In this document: piece after piece, positions 63,401-64,000 of the stretch
How the letters are laid out: every line of letters begins with the position of its first letter
How positions within the stretch are numbered: the first letter of the stretch is position 1
Assembly: GCF_018977255.1 (NCBI RefSeq)
Contig: NW_024704742.1
Span: 124,374,001-124,438,000, forward strand
DNA: 64,000 nt
Direction: 5' to 3'
From: Callorhinchus milii
Taxonomy: Eukaryota
The notes under the pieces: model-generated
What the model was told of the DNA's origin: nothing
Seen by the model: the letters and a program-made list of their open reading frames with translations, nothing else
The model's database searches: none
Translations under genes and position numbers: made by a program

Positions 63401-63499
63401 GATATACGTGCATGCGACCGTCAGGAAGGTGGAAGGCGAACTAGATGGACCTTAAACTTTTCTGGTCTATCATTCCTATGTTCTTATGTTCTTACGTTC
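60450..63499 (+). mobile_element. Decayed CR1 LINE with nearly complete ORF2 (APE endonuclease and RT)
   Basis: Motifs YINARSL, ISITETL, VCYRPP, VGDFN, PTRGDNILDL, SDHN, NYRSVSL, DDDKL and RTRGH, with many stops. Tail is (ttcttatg)n. Confidence 0.95.
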
Positions 63500-63748
63500 G
63501 GCAGGGCAAAATCTTGGGTAAGTTTCCTTACTCCACACGCCTGATAATAATCCTCAAGAAAAAATAAATAAATTGGTTACTTCAATCCATGACTGTTTTT
63601 GGGATACTGCTGTGTGCAATTGTCTGCCACCTTTCGCCCACAAATATACAGTCAATTCACTTTACAGTATATTCTGTGAAGCGCTTTGAGATGTCTAGAA
63701 GATGTAAAAAGCGCTATATCAAATGCAAGGATTATTTTATTATTAATA
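63500..63748 (+). mobile_element. Headless tRNA-SINE directly fused to the CR1 tail
   Basis: ggcagggcaaaatcttgggtaagtttcc...gcgctatatcaaatgcaaggattatt is collinear with 57421-57680. Confidence 0.9.
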
Positions 63749-64000
63749 TGCCAATTGTGGAGCGGAGAGGAAAAGGGATGTGCAGAAGACCCAAGGCAAT
63801 GGAGCAAAGGTGGCAGGTGGAGGAGTAGGGTGTGAGCAGAAAGGAAAAGTAGGGAGTTGACAGGGTGTGAAGAGATTTGAAAGTGAGAATGAGAGTTTCA
63901 GCAGCATTTGAAGTATGATGGGGCGAAGGCAGGGGATGTGCTGGAGGTGGAGGAAGGCAGTCATGGGCAAGGACCGGATGTACAGTAAGAAGGAAGAGTG
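63749..64000 (-). mobile_element. Continuation of the interrupted L2
   Basis: gagatttgaaagtgagaatgagagtt..gaggaaggcagtcatgggcaaggac resembles the antisense of L2 LHWLP/FKIL coding sequence. Confidence 0.7.

Noticed and set aside
38086..64000. NDUFS4 terminal exon, expected from human synteny on the minus strand
   Set aside because: No sequence encoding KSYGANFSWNKRTRVSTK was found by eye; probably beyond the window.

Overview
Repeat-rich vertebrate genomic DNA. The repeat complement (Deu-domain tRNA SINEs, L2 and CR1 LINEs, Penelope-type hammerhead repeats, LF-SINE-like relics) suggests a cartilaginous fish, possibly a chimaera; this is an inference. The only confidently identified host gene segment is the last coding exon of ARL15 (+, 36059-36217, IKKYFELEPLARGQRWILQPCS...). 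It is preceded by at least 36 kb of its final intron and followed by a repeat-free putative 3'UTR of about 1.9 kb. The rest is LINE, SINE and hAT debris, often nested. The most notable observations are: (1) a minimal type-I hammerhead ribozyme motif in a short Penelope-like repeat, with a compensatory stem change between two copies; (2) two candidate unannotated ARL15 alternative exons, one of which would end in a Rab-like CSC motif; (3) a CR1+SINE composite flanked by one apparent TSD; (4) an unidentified duplicated coding fossil at the window start; (5) a decayed hAT-Charlie transposase. Family assignments rest on remembered consensus motifs, not database searches, and the boundaries of old repeats are approximate. 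No new biological system can be claimed from the sequence alone.
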